This document shows positions 23,757 through 37,574 of a DNA stretch of 64,000 bases, in pieces. This stretch comes from Callorhinchus milii. Its lineage: Eukaryota. The position numbers were made by a program, and so were the translations under genes. Each line of letters starts with the position of its first letter. The first letter of the stretch is position 1. The notes beneath the pieces were generated by a model. The model had not been told where the DNA came from. It saw only the letters and a program-made list of their open reading frames with translations, and did not search any database. The DNA lies in NCBI RefSeq assembly GCF_018977255.1, contig NW_024704743.1:90274001-90338000 (forward strand), written 5' to 3'.

Positions 23757-26700
23757 CCAGAGAAAGCAGCGACAGATAAGATCAAGGTCTTTCTTTTTAT
23801 TTTATTTCAGTTTAACTTACTCAATCTATTATATAACACATTATCATTTTCTTAGTAATCATTAATTAATTTTAATTGGAAAATGAACTGGTGAGAATGT
23901 ATTTCATATTAATAATAATAAATTATTCAATGTGGCAACATAGTACAAGTTATGAAACACAGTAAAGAATAGCTCTGGCACTCATGCCGTCCGCCCCACC
24001 CCACTTCCCCAAAACCACACACACACAAAAAATCTTCATATCATTCTGGCGCCAAGTTGTATTTCAGGAACACAGACACACTTTGATTTAAAATCCTGGA
24101 AGCACACAGGATTTCAGTGCTGTTTGGAATTTTACAGTGTCTGAATTTAACTCAGAATCCCATTTTTAGCTGAACTCAAATGCTGATCCATGTGACCCAG
24201 AGCAGGAACAAAGGGAAGAAATCCTCAGGCAAAATCATTTTCCTGAGGATGGAGTGAGTGGGACGGGAAACATCAGGTTAGTAATTGCCAGACATTTCAC
24301 TCCTTGTGAATTTTTATTCAACTTTTAATAATGAGCTGGTAGCACATTCTTGTTATTGATGTATGATAATCCTGGCCAATGAATGTGATGAATAAATGTG
24401 GCATGCTGCAATACAACCAACTGCCCGATAACTGACCTGAAGCATTTATTATCATGAAGCTAGATATTCATCAAGGTGATTAAATAAAATTACAGCTAAA
24501 CCTATTAGAAGTGAGATCAGATAAGGAACATTTATGAAGTAGATGAAACCATGCTTTGTCTTATACAAATATTGAGTCAACAAGTAGCAGTGTTCCAGTG
24601 GGCTAGTTAGAATACGTCTGATTTGGCCTCATCTCCAGCCCAGCCTGATAGGATGAAGCAGCTTGTCCTCTGTTAAAGACTTGAGCGAATTACCAACTCA
24701 TCTTTTATTTCTACTGATGGTGAAGATCCACTGCTGTGAATAACTGGTGTATTCAATCATTTCCAGAAATATACAAACTATACTTTTGAATAATTCATGC
24801 AGATTAAGTAATAATGGATAACACCGCACCAGATAATTGATATATCGTGTTGATTTGAACAGATACGTTCTTTAATGTTTCTTCCACATTTCATTTCTGG
24901 CACATTATAAATGGAATACAAATCTTTTATTCACATTTGATTGTAAATTGTGGTCACTGAGTCACTCTTGTTTTTTTTTAGCCATCTAGAACTTTCAGAA
25001 AATCACTTCAAAACTCAAATAGTAGCAGATAGCTCTCCAATACCAACAAGTGCTGAAAGGCAGAATTGATGGGCATGTTGCAGTCCTGCAGTTATTCAAA
25101 TTGGGACATATTTTTGAACTTTTAGAAGACTGATTCACATGGGTTATTAGCTAAAGAGTAAACCATGTGTTAGTCTGATGAGAAGATATTAGCCTTACTG
25201 TATACTGGTATGTTAGTCTCTTACGTTCTGTTGTGATCTGCTGAATAAATGCGCAATATGTAGACTTTGCAATAAAACAACCCTCATTATCAGACAGGGC
25301 ACTAGAGACACACATAAAAATCAATGGAACCACACAACTAGTTTCATCACTGAGGTACAAGGAAGATTTCCACTATGTCATTAGAGGTTCTTTTTAACAC
25401 CACAGGCACTTAAACAAGAAACTTAAATCCAAACGTCATAATTTAACTGACTATTTGTAAATTTATTGTTAAAATGAAAGGGAAGACTTTCACAATGTTA
25501 TTTCCACACCTCCACTCAATACCAATTTTAAAACCATGCCGAAAGGACTGGGGTCAGTCCAAAGGTTCTGCTTTGCAGCTGATTTCATAATAGCAAGCTG
25601 ATGGAATTCTTTGTGATTTCATAACATGTACAGCCTTGAATGGTTTCAACAGTGGGATCTTCCTCTAGAAATATTTGTGTGATGATCATGCTATTCAAAC
25701 TGTTCCGAACAACATGCATTACAAAATTACAGCAGATTCAATCTGTCCATCAACGTCTCAGTGGAAAAAGTAAAGCTGCTGTACAAGCTGTCAGAACCCC
25801 GTGTTGTGAAGACTTGTCGATGGGAATATTGTTACTTGCAAGCTAAAAACTACAAATAGCTTAAGGGCTTTCAATTGCGTCTGCTTCGAAGTAGATGGAC
25901 AAAATAGACTACAAATATATCAGAAGGCTGGAAGCAAAGGCATGCCAATAAAGTCAGGACTTATCACTTCAACTTCTCTCAGCTGAATAATGTAGGTCCG
26001 GTGTAATTGTTCCAGGCAACAAATGTTCATCACTCCTGAATAAGGAGACAGCTGGTGTTTTCAATTCTGCATTGTACTGTAAAGAACTTCCATGTTTCGA
26101 GCTAGACAATAATAGTTCCAGTACAAGGTTATATTAGTTTTAAAATGAAATGGCTCTTTTCCGACAAGTCTATTGAAATTCAGAAATACCACCCCCTCTG
26201 GCAAAGCCCATAACATGTAATGTTCCAGTTAAGTCCTACCTGTTCCAGATGTACATGATGTCACGTCAGATGAATAGAAAATACAATTTTGCAAGTTGTT
26301 GCTTTATCAAGTCAAGGCTCCAGTGCAAATCTAGCAGTCGATTACACTCTTTGCAGTTTGGTGTTAAGCCCAGCAACCCTGACCTGCTGCACTTATCCCA
26401 GAGCAAAATAATCAACAATCTGTAGATGTCCTAGAATCCTTTTGCCTGTTCTAGACAAGAATTTGATATGACCTTTGAGTTATAAAAACAGAGCAGAAAA
26501 ACTCTGCAACTATGTCATACAAGCTTTATGTCCTCTAAGCCTCGAGTCCTCCACATTGCTCTCTAAAGTCAATAAGGTCTCATTTATTGGATCATTGTGG
26601 TGCCAGATCTTTGTCATGAGATAGGCATCATGCTGTGGAAATCCTGTTAAATGCCATGGCAAACTGCTGTGGCTGCATATGGCTTGCTTGCCACTGCCTG

Positions 26701-26944
26701 ACTTTTTTTTCATTCCCCAGTTTCTTTGAGCATAGGCCACTGTCCAAATTCTAATGCAGAATATATAGTTTCCACAAACCTTTCCTCTAACATGAAACAT
26801 ACAATCTATCCAAATTACGACTGGGTAGAATAGATAGAATACATTAAATTATAAAAGCAGGATAAAGAATAGGCAACAGGGGAGAAGAAACTATAAATGT
26901 CAACATTGTTATTAAGTTTTTCTCCCTAATCTCCACTGGGTTCC

Positions 26945-27240
26945 AGTTCCCCAGAGATTCAACTTCAAAATCATCTTCCTGATTTTTCACATCCCCTCAT
27001 GATCTTGCCCTCCCTACTTCTCCAATCTCCTCTAGCACTATTCTGTCCCTGCCCTCTGTTCCTCTGACTATGGTCACCAAACCTTCAGCCACAATCCTCC
27101 GCACTCCCCTCAAACTTATCTCCCCCAAATCTTGCATCCCTTTCCACCTCCTTCAAAATCCTATATTGTTACAAGCCTTTCATAACTACCTCAAATGCTG
27201 TTGCCCCTGTGCTATGGCCTTTGTCTAGTGCTTCAAGACC
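26945..27240 (+). mobile_element. Highly degraded L2 3' fragment
   Basis: C-rich sequence with ATCAACTTCAAAATC-like and CCTTCAGCCAC motifs seen in the younger L2 copies. Confidence 0.55.
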
Positions 27241-27842
27241 TCCATCCTGCAGGAAAACAATACAACAGAATTTACATTTATATAGCTCCATTCAAGCCAG
27301 GAGGACATCTCAAAACACTTGAAGGAGACTATACAAAGTCCCAGTTGTTAATTATTTAAGTGTTGTATAGGATTAATATTACCGTGACTAATCATCTCAA
27401 ATATTATCTTACCTCTGTTCCTCCGATAATAGGTTTGATGTTAGCATCACCATATGTCAGCTGAAAATTCCAATAAAGGCCTGGTGTAAGGATACGAATT
27501 GTCCAGACCATCCAGCAGTGCCAGGGTTAAATTTTGCCTTCTACAATCAGTTTGAATTATTCATACTTTACTTTGTAGAGACATTGAAACCAAGTGTTTG
27601 CTAACTGATTTAACATAGCACTCATTGCTTCCACAAGTTGCTAACCTAGCAAACTTCTTGAGGGAAAGTGCTATGCAAATAAACTCAGGTCCCCATATAA
27701 AAACTCCAGAATATTTGCATAGAGGCAGCAGTAGATATGCGGCAGGTGAGAATCAATGATGGCTTCTCACCCCTGTGGTCCCTTAAAGGCTCCAGGGTAA
27801 TCTTTTGATGGCTGAGAAACTTTCAGTGTTTCATCTTATAAG

Positions 27843-28051
27843 GTGTCAGCCTGGCTCAGTTGACGATAATCTCGCCTATGAATTATATGTTTGTGGTTTC
27901 AAGTCTCCTTGGGAGGTGATAAGTGAGGTCTCCTTAGAGCTGAACTGGCTCCAACGTGTCATGCCCGGCAACGGAATGTCGGATGTAAGGATATGACAGA
28001 CCTCTGTGGCGGTCTCAGTAGTCCAGGTCCTGTGCCAGGCGGATCCGCAGT
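27843..28051 (+). mobile_element. Unassigned SINE-like family, copy 2 (with tRNA-like head)
   Basis: TGTCAGCCTGGCTCAGTTG...GGTTTCAAGTC head followed by the shared GAGCTGAACTGG body. Confidence 0.7.
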
Positions 28052-28492
28052 TTTGATGAAAGCACAACCAGCCTGGCTCATCGGCAGGATCTGGAAGGAA
28101 AGACCAGTCACCGGTGGCAGGAAGTCATCCCACTCAGCTCCTATTAACCCTGAAAGCCAAAGCTGTAATGGGTAGGGTGGTCCTAGCTGGAAAGCAGCGG
28201 GAAAGGTTGCCAGATAGCAATATCAATGGCAAGCTATGAGGTTTTAGCTGGCTAGACTCCAGCAGTATCCCAACATATATTCTGGGGTCCCCGAGTCTTG
28301 ACTCTTGCCGACCTGCGCCTAATACTTTCCAGAATTAGGTAAGCAGGATGCATCCATCTAGGGAGAGAGTATGAATTCCATTCCAACAATCTATCTCTTG
28401 GATTTCCTTATGTAAGTGGGATGCATGGAAATCTCAAGTTTGGTTTGGATACTCTTAAGCATGGTGATGGCTTTCCGCACGTATTAGACACC

Positions 28493-28880
28493 TGGCTGAC
28501 ACCACAAAAAAAAATGGCTTCAAGCTCCATGTTGTGCCTTTGACTTCACAGTCTCGGCTGACACTCCAATACTGTTGGGAAACACTGCATTGTTGGAGGT
28601 ACCATCATTCAGATGAGACTTTAAACCAAGGCACCGTCTGCCTATTCAGAGATGAAAGATTCCAAGGCACTATTTCAAAAGAGAAATGAATTTCTCCCCA
28701 AATCCCTCAAAATTGGTCATTCACTTCATGGCTGTTTGTGAGACATTGCAGTGGGCATATTGACTGTCACATTCACCTACAAATACACAATCATTAAACT
28801 TTACATTGAATTCTTTGAAGCGCTTTGAGACTTCCTCCTGATGTGAAAGCCGCAATAACAGATACAAGGATTATTTATTT
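28493..28880 (+). mobile_element. DeuSINE
   Basis: GGCTGACACTCC...GGAGGTACC...CAGATGAGAC...AAACCAAGGC...GGCACTATTTC Deu domain, then tail. Confidence 0.85.
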
Positions 28881-30644
28881 TACTTGGACCTGTGACCGGT
28901 TCTATAATACCATTAAAAGAAAACAAATTGCAGTGAGTCAGTCACAAGTGGCAAGCTGAGCATATCCAAAACCACACTTTAGTTTCTTTTGATTAATTTT
29001 TTCCTTTTTCAAGGTTGTGAGTTCTAGTTCTCTATCAGGATTTGAGTTTATACTCTCGTCTGACTCTCCAGTTCAGTACCGGGAAGCACTGCATTTCTCC
29101 CAGCACTGGGAGCAAGATATTGACTTTTCTCCTGTCTATCTGTTCCAGTGAATGTTAAAAATTCCATGTTGCTATTTGAAAAATGAAGGGAGTTTCTCCC
29201 AGTGTAACAGCCAGAAATCCTACAAATAAGTTGGCCATGGCTGTTTGTGGCACTTTGCTGGTACAAATGGCTGCCACATTTGCAGATGATTATTCTCTAG
29301 TTTGGTTATTGTTTTCGTAGGCAAAGTTCTTTAAAATCTTCAACATAAGGTGTTACAAAAATGCAGCTTCTTGCATCTTTCTCATGGTTCTAATGCAATG
29401 GGATTAGAAATGTAAAATATATATTGCACTCCACATCGCTTTGATCCTAGGATAGAAGCTTTACCTGTTCAAGTTCAGCATAAAGAACCACATTATTCCT
29501 GAAAATAAAATTACTAGCTTCTGTGGGAAGAAAAAAAAAATCTCTGGAAATTAATTCAGCTCACTTTTTGCCATGTAAACGGTGACAGGTTCGTGGTTAA
29601 AATCCCCTCCCTTCTTTAGCTTCTCTCTCACTCACAGGCCACAATCTGGCAAAGAAGGTCAAAATCCACAGATTTTCCCCAAATCAATGCCAATCTCAAT
29701 CAAAGGGAGGAGAAAATCTCATCAGCTTATCAAGAATGCAGATTTTAGCCAAACAGCAACCTAAAACAGTTTAGTAGTCAGTATGATGAGAAATTCCCAT
29801 TTACACTCTTTCCTGGGTCATACTTCTAGACTCTTCTGCAGTAATAATGCAGTAATAATGTAATAATGAGCAACTCCTTTGGCTGTGCATTGTTTATTTT
29901 AAGGAGTATTTCATTGGTACTCAATCAGATTTTGAGAGGAGCGAACCTGCAGGAGAAACAATATTTATGAGGTCGCAAATTTGCTTTGCTAATGGCCCCT
30001 GTAAGGTGATTTTAATCAACAGGATTCTGAATTTTAATGATAAATAATTCTTGGTGTTCAAGTCACAGACGAGGATTATATTGTATTAGACAACTTCAAA
30101 CCACTGCATGGATTAGGAAGACTGGATCAGTCAATTCAAATTCCAAGCTTGTGGCACTGTCAAAAAATACAAATGTAAGGTAGTTCCAAAATTGTTGCTG
30201 AGTTTTTTGGTACACAATATAATTCTTTATTCTACTACTTTATGACCATTACATTCAGATCAAGCTTGATTAACTTTCACCTGTGATCTGGATTTCTCCT
30301 TCCAAATGGTTTTGTATTGGCCATTTAAAATGATTATTCTTTAACTAAACCTTTCCCTTCATAAACAGTATCTCTACAATACTGCATCATTACACGTGTT
30401 GAGCTAATGAGTGCTGAAATTAATGCACTTAGTGAAACAAAAGCATCTCTCTCACCACCCTCCGTTATAGTATTCATACCCAACAAAATGAGCTGCTTTA
30501 ATTAGAAAAGTAGCTATTTATTTTTAGGTCACACTGCATTTCGTTTTAAGAATTATTTTTCAACTACCAAATCAGGTCTACAACACTAAATAAAGTGTAA
30601 AGAACATAGAGGAGAAACAAAGCGTTTTTGGAAGTAAGTATATG

Positions 30645-31030
30645 CCTTCGGTCACTTCAATCCTAACCTCTGGAACTCCCTGTCTCTATCCGCCTCTCCC
30701 CCTCTTTATGTATCTTTAAATCCCTCCTTAAAACTTACCTCTTTTGCTGGTCTATGTCACCTCCCCCTTCTCCCCCACCCTCTCTCGCATAGTGCCCAAC
30801 CCTGCCATTGTGCAGCACTTTGAGAGATAATTGCTGTGTTAAGGGAGCTATATAAATGTTGTTGTTCTACTTCTTTGATTGTGCTTTCAGTCATCTTTCC
30901 CTTCCCCAGCCCTCTCAGCTCCTCCCACCAGCTCGTGTGCTAAGCCAGGTTTGTTGAGCACCTTGGGACATCCTTGCGATGTGAAAGATGCTATATAAAT
31001 GTAAATTTGTATATGTATTGTACTTGTTGT
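30645..31030 (+). mobile_element. Two degraded L2-type 3' ends in tandem
   Basis: CTCTGGAACTCCCT, CTCCTTAAAACTTACCTCTT and two GCTATATAAATG tails. Confidence 0.7.
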
Positions 31031-31141
31031 TCTTAAGTCATAGAACATACATAACAAGTGAAAAATGAGTAAATGTAAATCAATCTCTCAACTGCAACAA
31101 CAACAGCTTATATTTATATAGTGCCCCTTACGCAGGGTAGC

Positions 31142-32496
31142 TTCGTGCACACCTCTCCTCCCACTCCCTCTTCGAACCCCTCCAGTCCGGTTTCCGCTCT
31201 GCCCACAGTTCAGAGACTGCGCCTGTGAAAATCGCAAACGACATCCTCTCTATCTGTGACCAGGGCTCCCTCTGCCTCCTTATCCTTCTGGACCTCTCCG
31301 CCGTGTTCGATACAGTCAATCACGCCATCCTCCTCCACCGCCTTTCCTCTGTCATCCACCTCAGTGGGACCGCACTCGCCTGGTTCGAGTCCTACCTCAC
31401 AAACCGCCAGCAGTACATCTGCACAAACGGCTTCTCCTCTCGCTCTCACCTGGTTACCTGTGGGGTACCCCAAGGATCCATCCTTGGCCCCCTCCTCTTT
31501 CTGATCTACATGCTCCCTCTTGGGGATGTCATCCGTAGACATGGGGTACATTTCCACATGTATGAAGATGACATCCAACTCTATTTTTCCACCTCTCTTT
31601 GCGCCCCCCAGTCCCCTGATGTTCTGTCAGCCTGCCTGTCAGATCTCAGAGGCTGGATGAGCGCAAACTTCCTTCAGCTGAACTTTGACAAGACGGAAGC
31701 CATACTCTTTGGCTCTCGTCAACGTCTAAAATCTCACAGCTCTCACCTCCTCCACCTACCCGACCTCCCCCTAAAACTCTCCGAACCCATACGCAACCTA
31801 GGCATCAGGTTCGACCCCCAATTATCCTTCCTCCCCCACATACGGTCCCTCACCAGCACCGCCTTCTACCACCTCCAACGCATCGCCTGTCTACACAAAT
31901 ACCTCTCCCCAAAAGCCGCTGAAACCCTGGTCCATGCCTTTTCACCTCTCGGCTGGACTACTCCAACGCCCTCCTCGCCGGTCTCCCATCCAATACCATC
32001 CATAAAATCCAAATCATTCAAAACTCTTCCACCCGCATTCTCACCCGCACAAAACTCCGCTCCCCGATCACCCCAGTCCTTGCCAGACTGCACTGGCTGC
32101 CTATCCCAGAGAGGATCGATTTCAAGTTCCTCACCCTTGTATTCAAGTCCCTGCACTCCTCTGCACCCCCCTACCTCTCTGACCTCCTCTCTCCTTATAA
32201 CAGTACACGTTGCCTTCGTTCCTCAGGGTCTGGCCTCCTACTCATCTCCCGAGTCCTCCGTTCCACCCTCGGCGGCCGTGCCTTCAGCCACTATGCCCCG
32301 AGGCTCTGGAACTGCCTTCCTCTCTCATTCCCTCCCTTCCCATTTTCAGGTCTCTGCTGAAGACCTTTCTTTTCGACCGTGCCTTTGGTCACCTACCTCC
32401 CCTCCCCCTGGCTCGGTCCTGGGATCTGTTACTGTGAGGTGCTCTGAGACGCCGTCCAGCGTGGAGGGCACTATATAAGTCCAAGTTGTTGTTGTT
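31142..32496 (+). mobile_element. L2-clade LINE, 5'-truncated: RT domain to 3' tail, non-functional
   Basis: LLDLSAVFDTVNH, GVPQGSILGPLLFLIY and YEDD (mutated YADD) motifs; frameshift near 31940; (GTT)n tail. Confidence 0.97.
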
Positions 32497-33125
32497 GTAG
32501 CATCCCAGACTGCTTTACAGTGGTGGAGCATGATGCCTGAGCCATGGGGGGTGGGGAAGGGGGAGGTGACTGTAGGCACGGTCAAAGAGGAAAGTCTTCA
32601 GGCGCAACATGAAGATGGGGAAGGAAGGGGCAAGACTGAGGGACAGAGGAAACATGTTCCAGAGTTTTGGGGAATAGTTGCTGAAAGCACGGCCACCAAT
32701 GATGGAACGGAGGGCATGAGGGACATGCAGAAGGCCAGAGCCAGTCGAGCGGAGGCAGCGAGTTGTGTAGTAAGCAGATCGGAGAGGTAGGGAGGTGCCA
32801 GGGCATAAAGGGATTTGAATACGAGTGTGAGGAACTTGAAATCAAAATCAGTGAAGCCTGGCTAGAACTGGTGTGATGTGGTACGGAGTTCAGTACAGGT
32901 GAGTATGCCGGCGGCAGAGTTTTGGATCAGCTGCATCTTGTGGATGGTGGAGCTGGGGAGACCGGCAAAGAGGGCATTTGAGAAGTCTAGCTCGGAGGTG
33001 ACAAACGCATAGACGAGTGTTTCAGTTGCGTCTGGGGTAAGGTACGGTCGGAGGTGGGCAATTTGGCACAATGAAAAAAGCACAAGCGCAGTCTCTGTAC
33101 TGTGGGCAGAGCGGAAACGTGCAGC
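32497..33125 (-). mobile_element. L2 3' fragment (its extreme tail lies at 31092-31141)
   Basis: Minus ORF LRPYLTPDATETLVYAFVTSELDFSNALFAGLP...LIQNSAA is an L2 ORF2 C-terminus. Confidence 0.92.
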
Positions 33126-34254
33126 ACAAGCTGAAATCACTGAATCTTTAATAAGTGGTTCCCGATTCGGAGATTTGCTCCATTCATCTCATATAATTTA
33201 AAACAACAATGACAAGAAAGTATCATGTTCATGCTGCGCTCAATATAGAAGGCATTCAGGAGCATTCTGAATTAATCTCCCTCTCAAATTACTGCAGATA
33301 TTACCAATTGGAAGCACATAGAACACTAAAAATAATCTCTCCTGCTAGGGGGCTATAGAAAACGAATAAAAAGAAAATATGTTCTTTTCAGGTGCAGTAA
33401 ATATGACAATACAGGTCAAGTTTTAAAAAGAAACTATTTTTGACATATCAAGTTGTCACCAGTCAGGCTCCTGCATGAATTATTGGGCCATCACGCATCT
33501 CGTCCTCGATTTATACTGGAGATGGCTTTGTGCCAAATTGTCTCAAATTTTCACCGCAAATCGCCACTAAAACGCATACTACAAGACTAGAAATTATTCT
33601 CTTTGTTAGATCAGTCGCAACTATGTTAATGCTAACTGTGTTAACTATGTAATCAATGTGGTATCAATTGCATTCCATGCCTTCAGTTTACTTTAAATGT
33701 ACAGGGACATTTTCAATAGCCGAGAAGAGGGATCAGTGCACTAAAAATAAGCCACATTGAGCTGCAGCTGGTCATCCATTAATGACCTGATCGTATTGGA
33801 CTTCTAAGAGCAGATTTAAGAAGTGGCTCGTATAATCGATGACAATGCTGCATTGACAACACCTTACTGACAATCTATTCTCTCAACTAGTTCAGAAGTA
33901 CCACTCAGGATTGGAATCTGTTGTGAAATAGCTCATACAATGCATAATATCTTTATTCTATACCCAACAATAACAACAACAACTTGCACTTATATAGCAC
34001 CCTCCACGCAGGCCAGTGTCTCAGAGCGCTTAAATTTATCCAAGTATGGTCTGAGAACTGGACAATATATTTTAATGGTCTAACTGATATTTATAAGTAT
34101 AGGTGTATGGATACAATTTATAGATCATACATATCTTACTGCTAGATAATAAGATGTATTTCAATTTGACGGCTTTATAACAGTGTCAACATTAAGAAAT
34201 CTCAAGTCTAACATTTTATGTTTTAGATGCACACTGAATCTATTGTTCACAAGT

Positions 34255-34455
34255 GAGGCTTAGGTGATGAAAGCTCTTCACCCATTTGATCTTCACACAC
34301 TCATCCACCATACAAAATCTTCCCATTTACAGCATCAAGCTGTTTCTTAAACAAGTCCATCGTCCTGGCCTCAACCATCCTTTCTGGCAACTCATTCCAT
34401 TACCCTGTGTTAAAAATACATCCCAAGCTCTGAAAATTGCTCCTCATAACCCTGA
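34255..34455 (-). mobile_element. Old CR1 3' fragment
   Basis: Similar to 18720-18930 (CTTCACCCATTTGATCT, GGCCTCAACCATCC, CTGGCAACTCATTCCA). Confidence 0.55.
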
Positions 34456-35354
34456 GACCTAACCATCAATAGTGTTTTCCCACAACATTATGTGAACATC
34501 ACAATACTACAAAGGTATCAAAATGTCTCCCACTGCCCCAATAAACTATCTCAACTCCAACCTCATGACAGCATCACTCCTGCAGTAATACTGTACTTCT
34601 ATTCCCCACACAAACCATCCATCCACATGATTTGGACAGTTGGTTTATTACCAATTGTGGGCCGATGTGCACCATAGACCATATTCACAAGAAAATGGAT
34701 TGAGACCATCTAACCCTCTTTTCACTTAAATTCTTTTTTATAGCCAGCAGGATGAGAGACTGAAAACTAGATCGCAGAAGCGAAACCTGCTGCATCATCC
34801 AGCCAACATTTTACAATTGCTTCAAGTTGATTTATCTTATATACAACTTTGTAGTAAGTTAAAATACACTCATACTGCAGATCATTAAATCCTTAAAATG
34901 CATCAACAGCAGGAACCCCTTGCTTGGCTCACTATGATACAGAGCTGCCTTCCCATTAGTTGTACTTTGGTTTTAATGATTTTGTGCAATGCAGTATAAT
35001 GATTAATTTCATTATTGCAGGAATGTAGCATTTCTACATTTTTGTGTTTAATTAAATCCAATTGGAAATTAATTGTAGCTAACTGAAAAATTAATTGCTG
35101 CATTTGACCAATTTTAACGTGGAAAATTATCTAACATCAATCTGTACCTCAATGGTAGACAGGAGCAGAATACTGTGCTCTTTTCATATCATGCAGTACA
35201 AGCAACATTTTTAACTTCTTCAAAATTTGAGGATTTAATTGTGCAACTTTTGTACATAGCATTCTGCTAAAGAAATTATCTTATTGATAGCTATTATAGT
35301 ATCACATTATCGAGCAACCGTAGCAGAAGTCTGGACCCAAGCAGTGGGTTTACA

Positions 35355-35715
35355 ATAATATAGTAATCCTTGCATTTGATATAGCACCTTATCACAAATT
35401 TGAGACGTCTCAAAGCGCTTCATGGAATATTCTGTAAAGTGAATTGACTGTATATTTTGTGTGTGAAATGCAGAAGCCAACTGCGCACAGCAGTGTCCCA
35501 CAAACAGTCGTGGATTGAGTGACCAATTTGTTTTTAAGGATTATTACCCTCGGAAAAGTGATCCGCCAATTGACTGACAACCGGGTTCCTACTTAATACT
35601 AGGTGAACAGAGTCGTGTGGTGTAAGAAAATTTGCTAAATGTTTCGCCGTGCCCAGGAATTGAACCTTGGTCCTCTTGCTTCCAAGGGGAGGGCTCTAAC
35701 CACTAAGCTACAGGG
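35355..35715 (-). mobile_element. tRNA-derived SINE, long subtype
   Basis: Reverse complement of the 23008 and 37902 type. Confidence 0.93.
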
Positions 35716-36160
35716 GTTGGGATCAGGAGGGGTGGAGGGTGACCAAAGGCACATTCGAAGAGGAGGGTCTTGAGACGTGCTTTGAATGAGGCAAGGGAGT
35801 GAGCAGGGTGAAGGGACTGTGAGATGGAATTCCAAAGGGTGGGGGCAGAGAGGATAAACGGCCGACCACCGATGGTAGGGCAGGGGACAGGGAGCAGGTC
35901 GGAGCTTGCTGAGTGGAGGGACTGGACAGGTTGATATGGGGTTAGAGGTCACAGAGATAGTAAGGTGCAAGGCCATGCAGGGCTAGTGTACATACGAGCT
36001 GGGGAGTCCGGAGGGCAGAGAATTAATGTAGTGAAGCCTGGATGTGATGAAAGTGTGGATGAGGATCACGGCAGTGGTAGTAGTAGAGGCAGGCAATGTT
36101 AGAGATGAGAGCAAGTTGAGAAGGTTAAAGAACAGATGCGGGGCTTGAAAGACAGGATTA
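35716..36160 (-). mobile_element. L2 3' fragment
   Basis: G-rich on the plus strand; GAATTCCAAAGGG and GTGGATGAGG motifs shared with other L2 copies. Confidence 0.8.
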
Positions 36161-37574
36161 CAACAGCTAGTGGACCCTCTCCAACCAGATATCTACAATT
36201 CGAACTTTGTCACATATTAACTCAAGTTCATGTCTAATCATTGTTAAAACTGCACCACATTAGAAACTATTTGGCATCTTCTCTTCCCCCAAACACACAC
36301 ATTAAAACTCTCAAGAAAGGCTTTCACAACTCATTGATTACTTATTAACTAATCGTGTTCACGCTTGAAATACTGTGCATGGCAGAAAAATATACTGAAG
36401 CTCCATTATACTGTGCTGGAGTGATAGAACCCAGATTGATGGCTATGATTTTGCACACAATGGGTTCCCTAATGTCAGCCATGCCGTTGTGTAAGAGCTG
36501 TTCAGAAAGGACCCTACACATCAAGATATCAAGCAGTTAGTCTCTATTGTGTTTACATCACATATATTGATACTTTATACATATCCATTGAGTGCAGTAA
36601 GTAGTATTTGAAAGTAGTGCAGGGACTTATAGAGTCTTGGCTAAAACTACTTCCCATCCAAATATAACCCTTGAAACACCACAGATGGATTATTGATGAA
36701 TCCTATTGCCGTCTGTCACTGATATCATTCCCCTTCTTCTCATTTTCATAAGGGATCTCTCAGATTGATCTCTCAGCTTCTCCTGATGGGATGTTAACCA
36801 TTACTTCAAACAATGCAAGACAGTAATTGAGTTAATAGATGCAATACATAATATCGAAGACAAGCAATAGGTTCCAGTCACATATTGAGTCTATTGACTA
36901 CCAATGTGTAATCATGTGAGTGGCTAAAACTAACACAGGGCTGCATACCCACCTCTCCGACCGTCTCATAGCTATTGATTTTGTTTTAGACTTGTACAGC
37001 TGGTGAAGAAAGCCTCGTCCACAAATGGAAACTAATGGCTTCTCGGATACATGATTAAAACAGTAGAAGTGCTTGGAGACAAGGTTAAGAAAATGAATTG
37101 TAAAAGGTCATGCTCTGTGTGCAATGTGATCTCTTCCAAGTTCTGCACATTCCTGCTGTTTATCCCTCAGGTGAAAGAGGAATTGAGCTGGGGAGATACT
37201 ACATTTGCAGCTACCCATCCCCTCCCAATGATTAGGGTAACCAAAATATCCTTCATATGCTCCACTTTGCCGTCATTCTTCACCTTAGCAAACACAAATA
37301 AAAACACCACGTAAATAAGAAACTCCATTCAGTAGCAGCCACTCATGCTACAGAAGACAACAGATATTGTTTCAGAAAGTGATTTTATTGTAAACAGATT
37401 CAGTTTAGTGATATTACTGTAGCTCTTTTTTTCTGGAGAAGCTACCAACATTGCATTTGATCAACATCATTTCTCCCAATATCAATTTGGAAGCAGCTCA
37501 AAAAAACGTTCCTCTTCATTACAACAATCAACAGCAACCACAACAAAATTGCATTTGTATAGCGCGTTGTGTGA

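Noticed and set aside
25530..26100. Stretch that looked like degraded coding or viral sequence
   Set aside because: Only short ORFs, with no motif I could identify.
26238..26270. ATG-MYIWNR mini-exon with CAG|GTAGG donor next to a TGACGTGA motif
   Set aside because: Too short to distinguish from chance; no promoter context.
31225..32478. 417-aa ORF as a functional gene
   Set aside because: 5'-truncated L2 RT with YADD changed to YEDD and a frameshift near 31940; the C-terminal part is out of frame.
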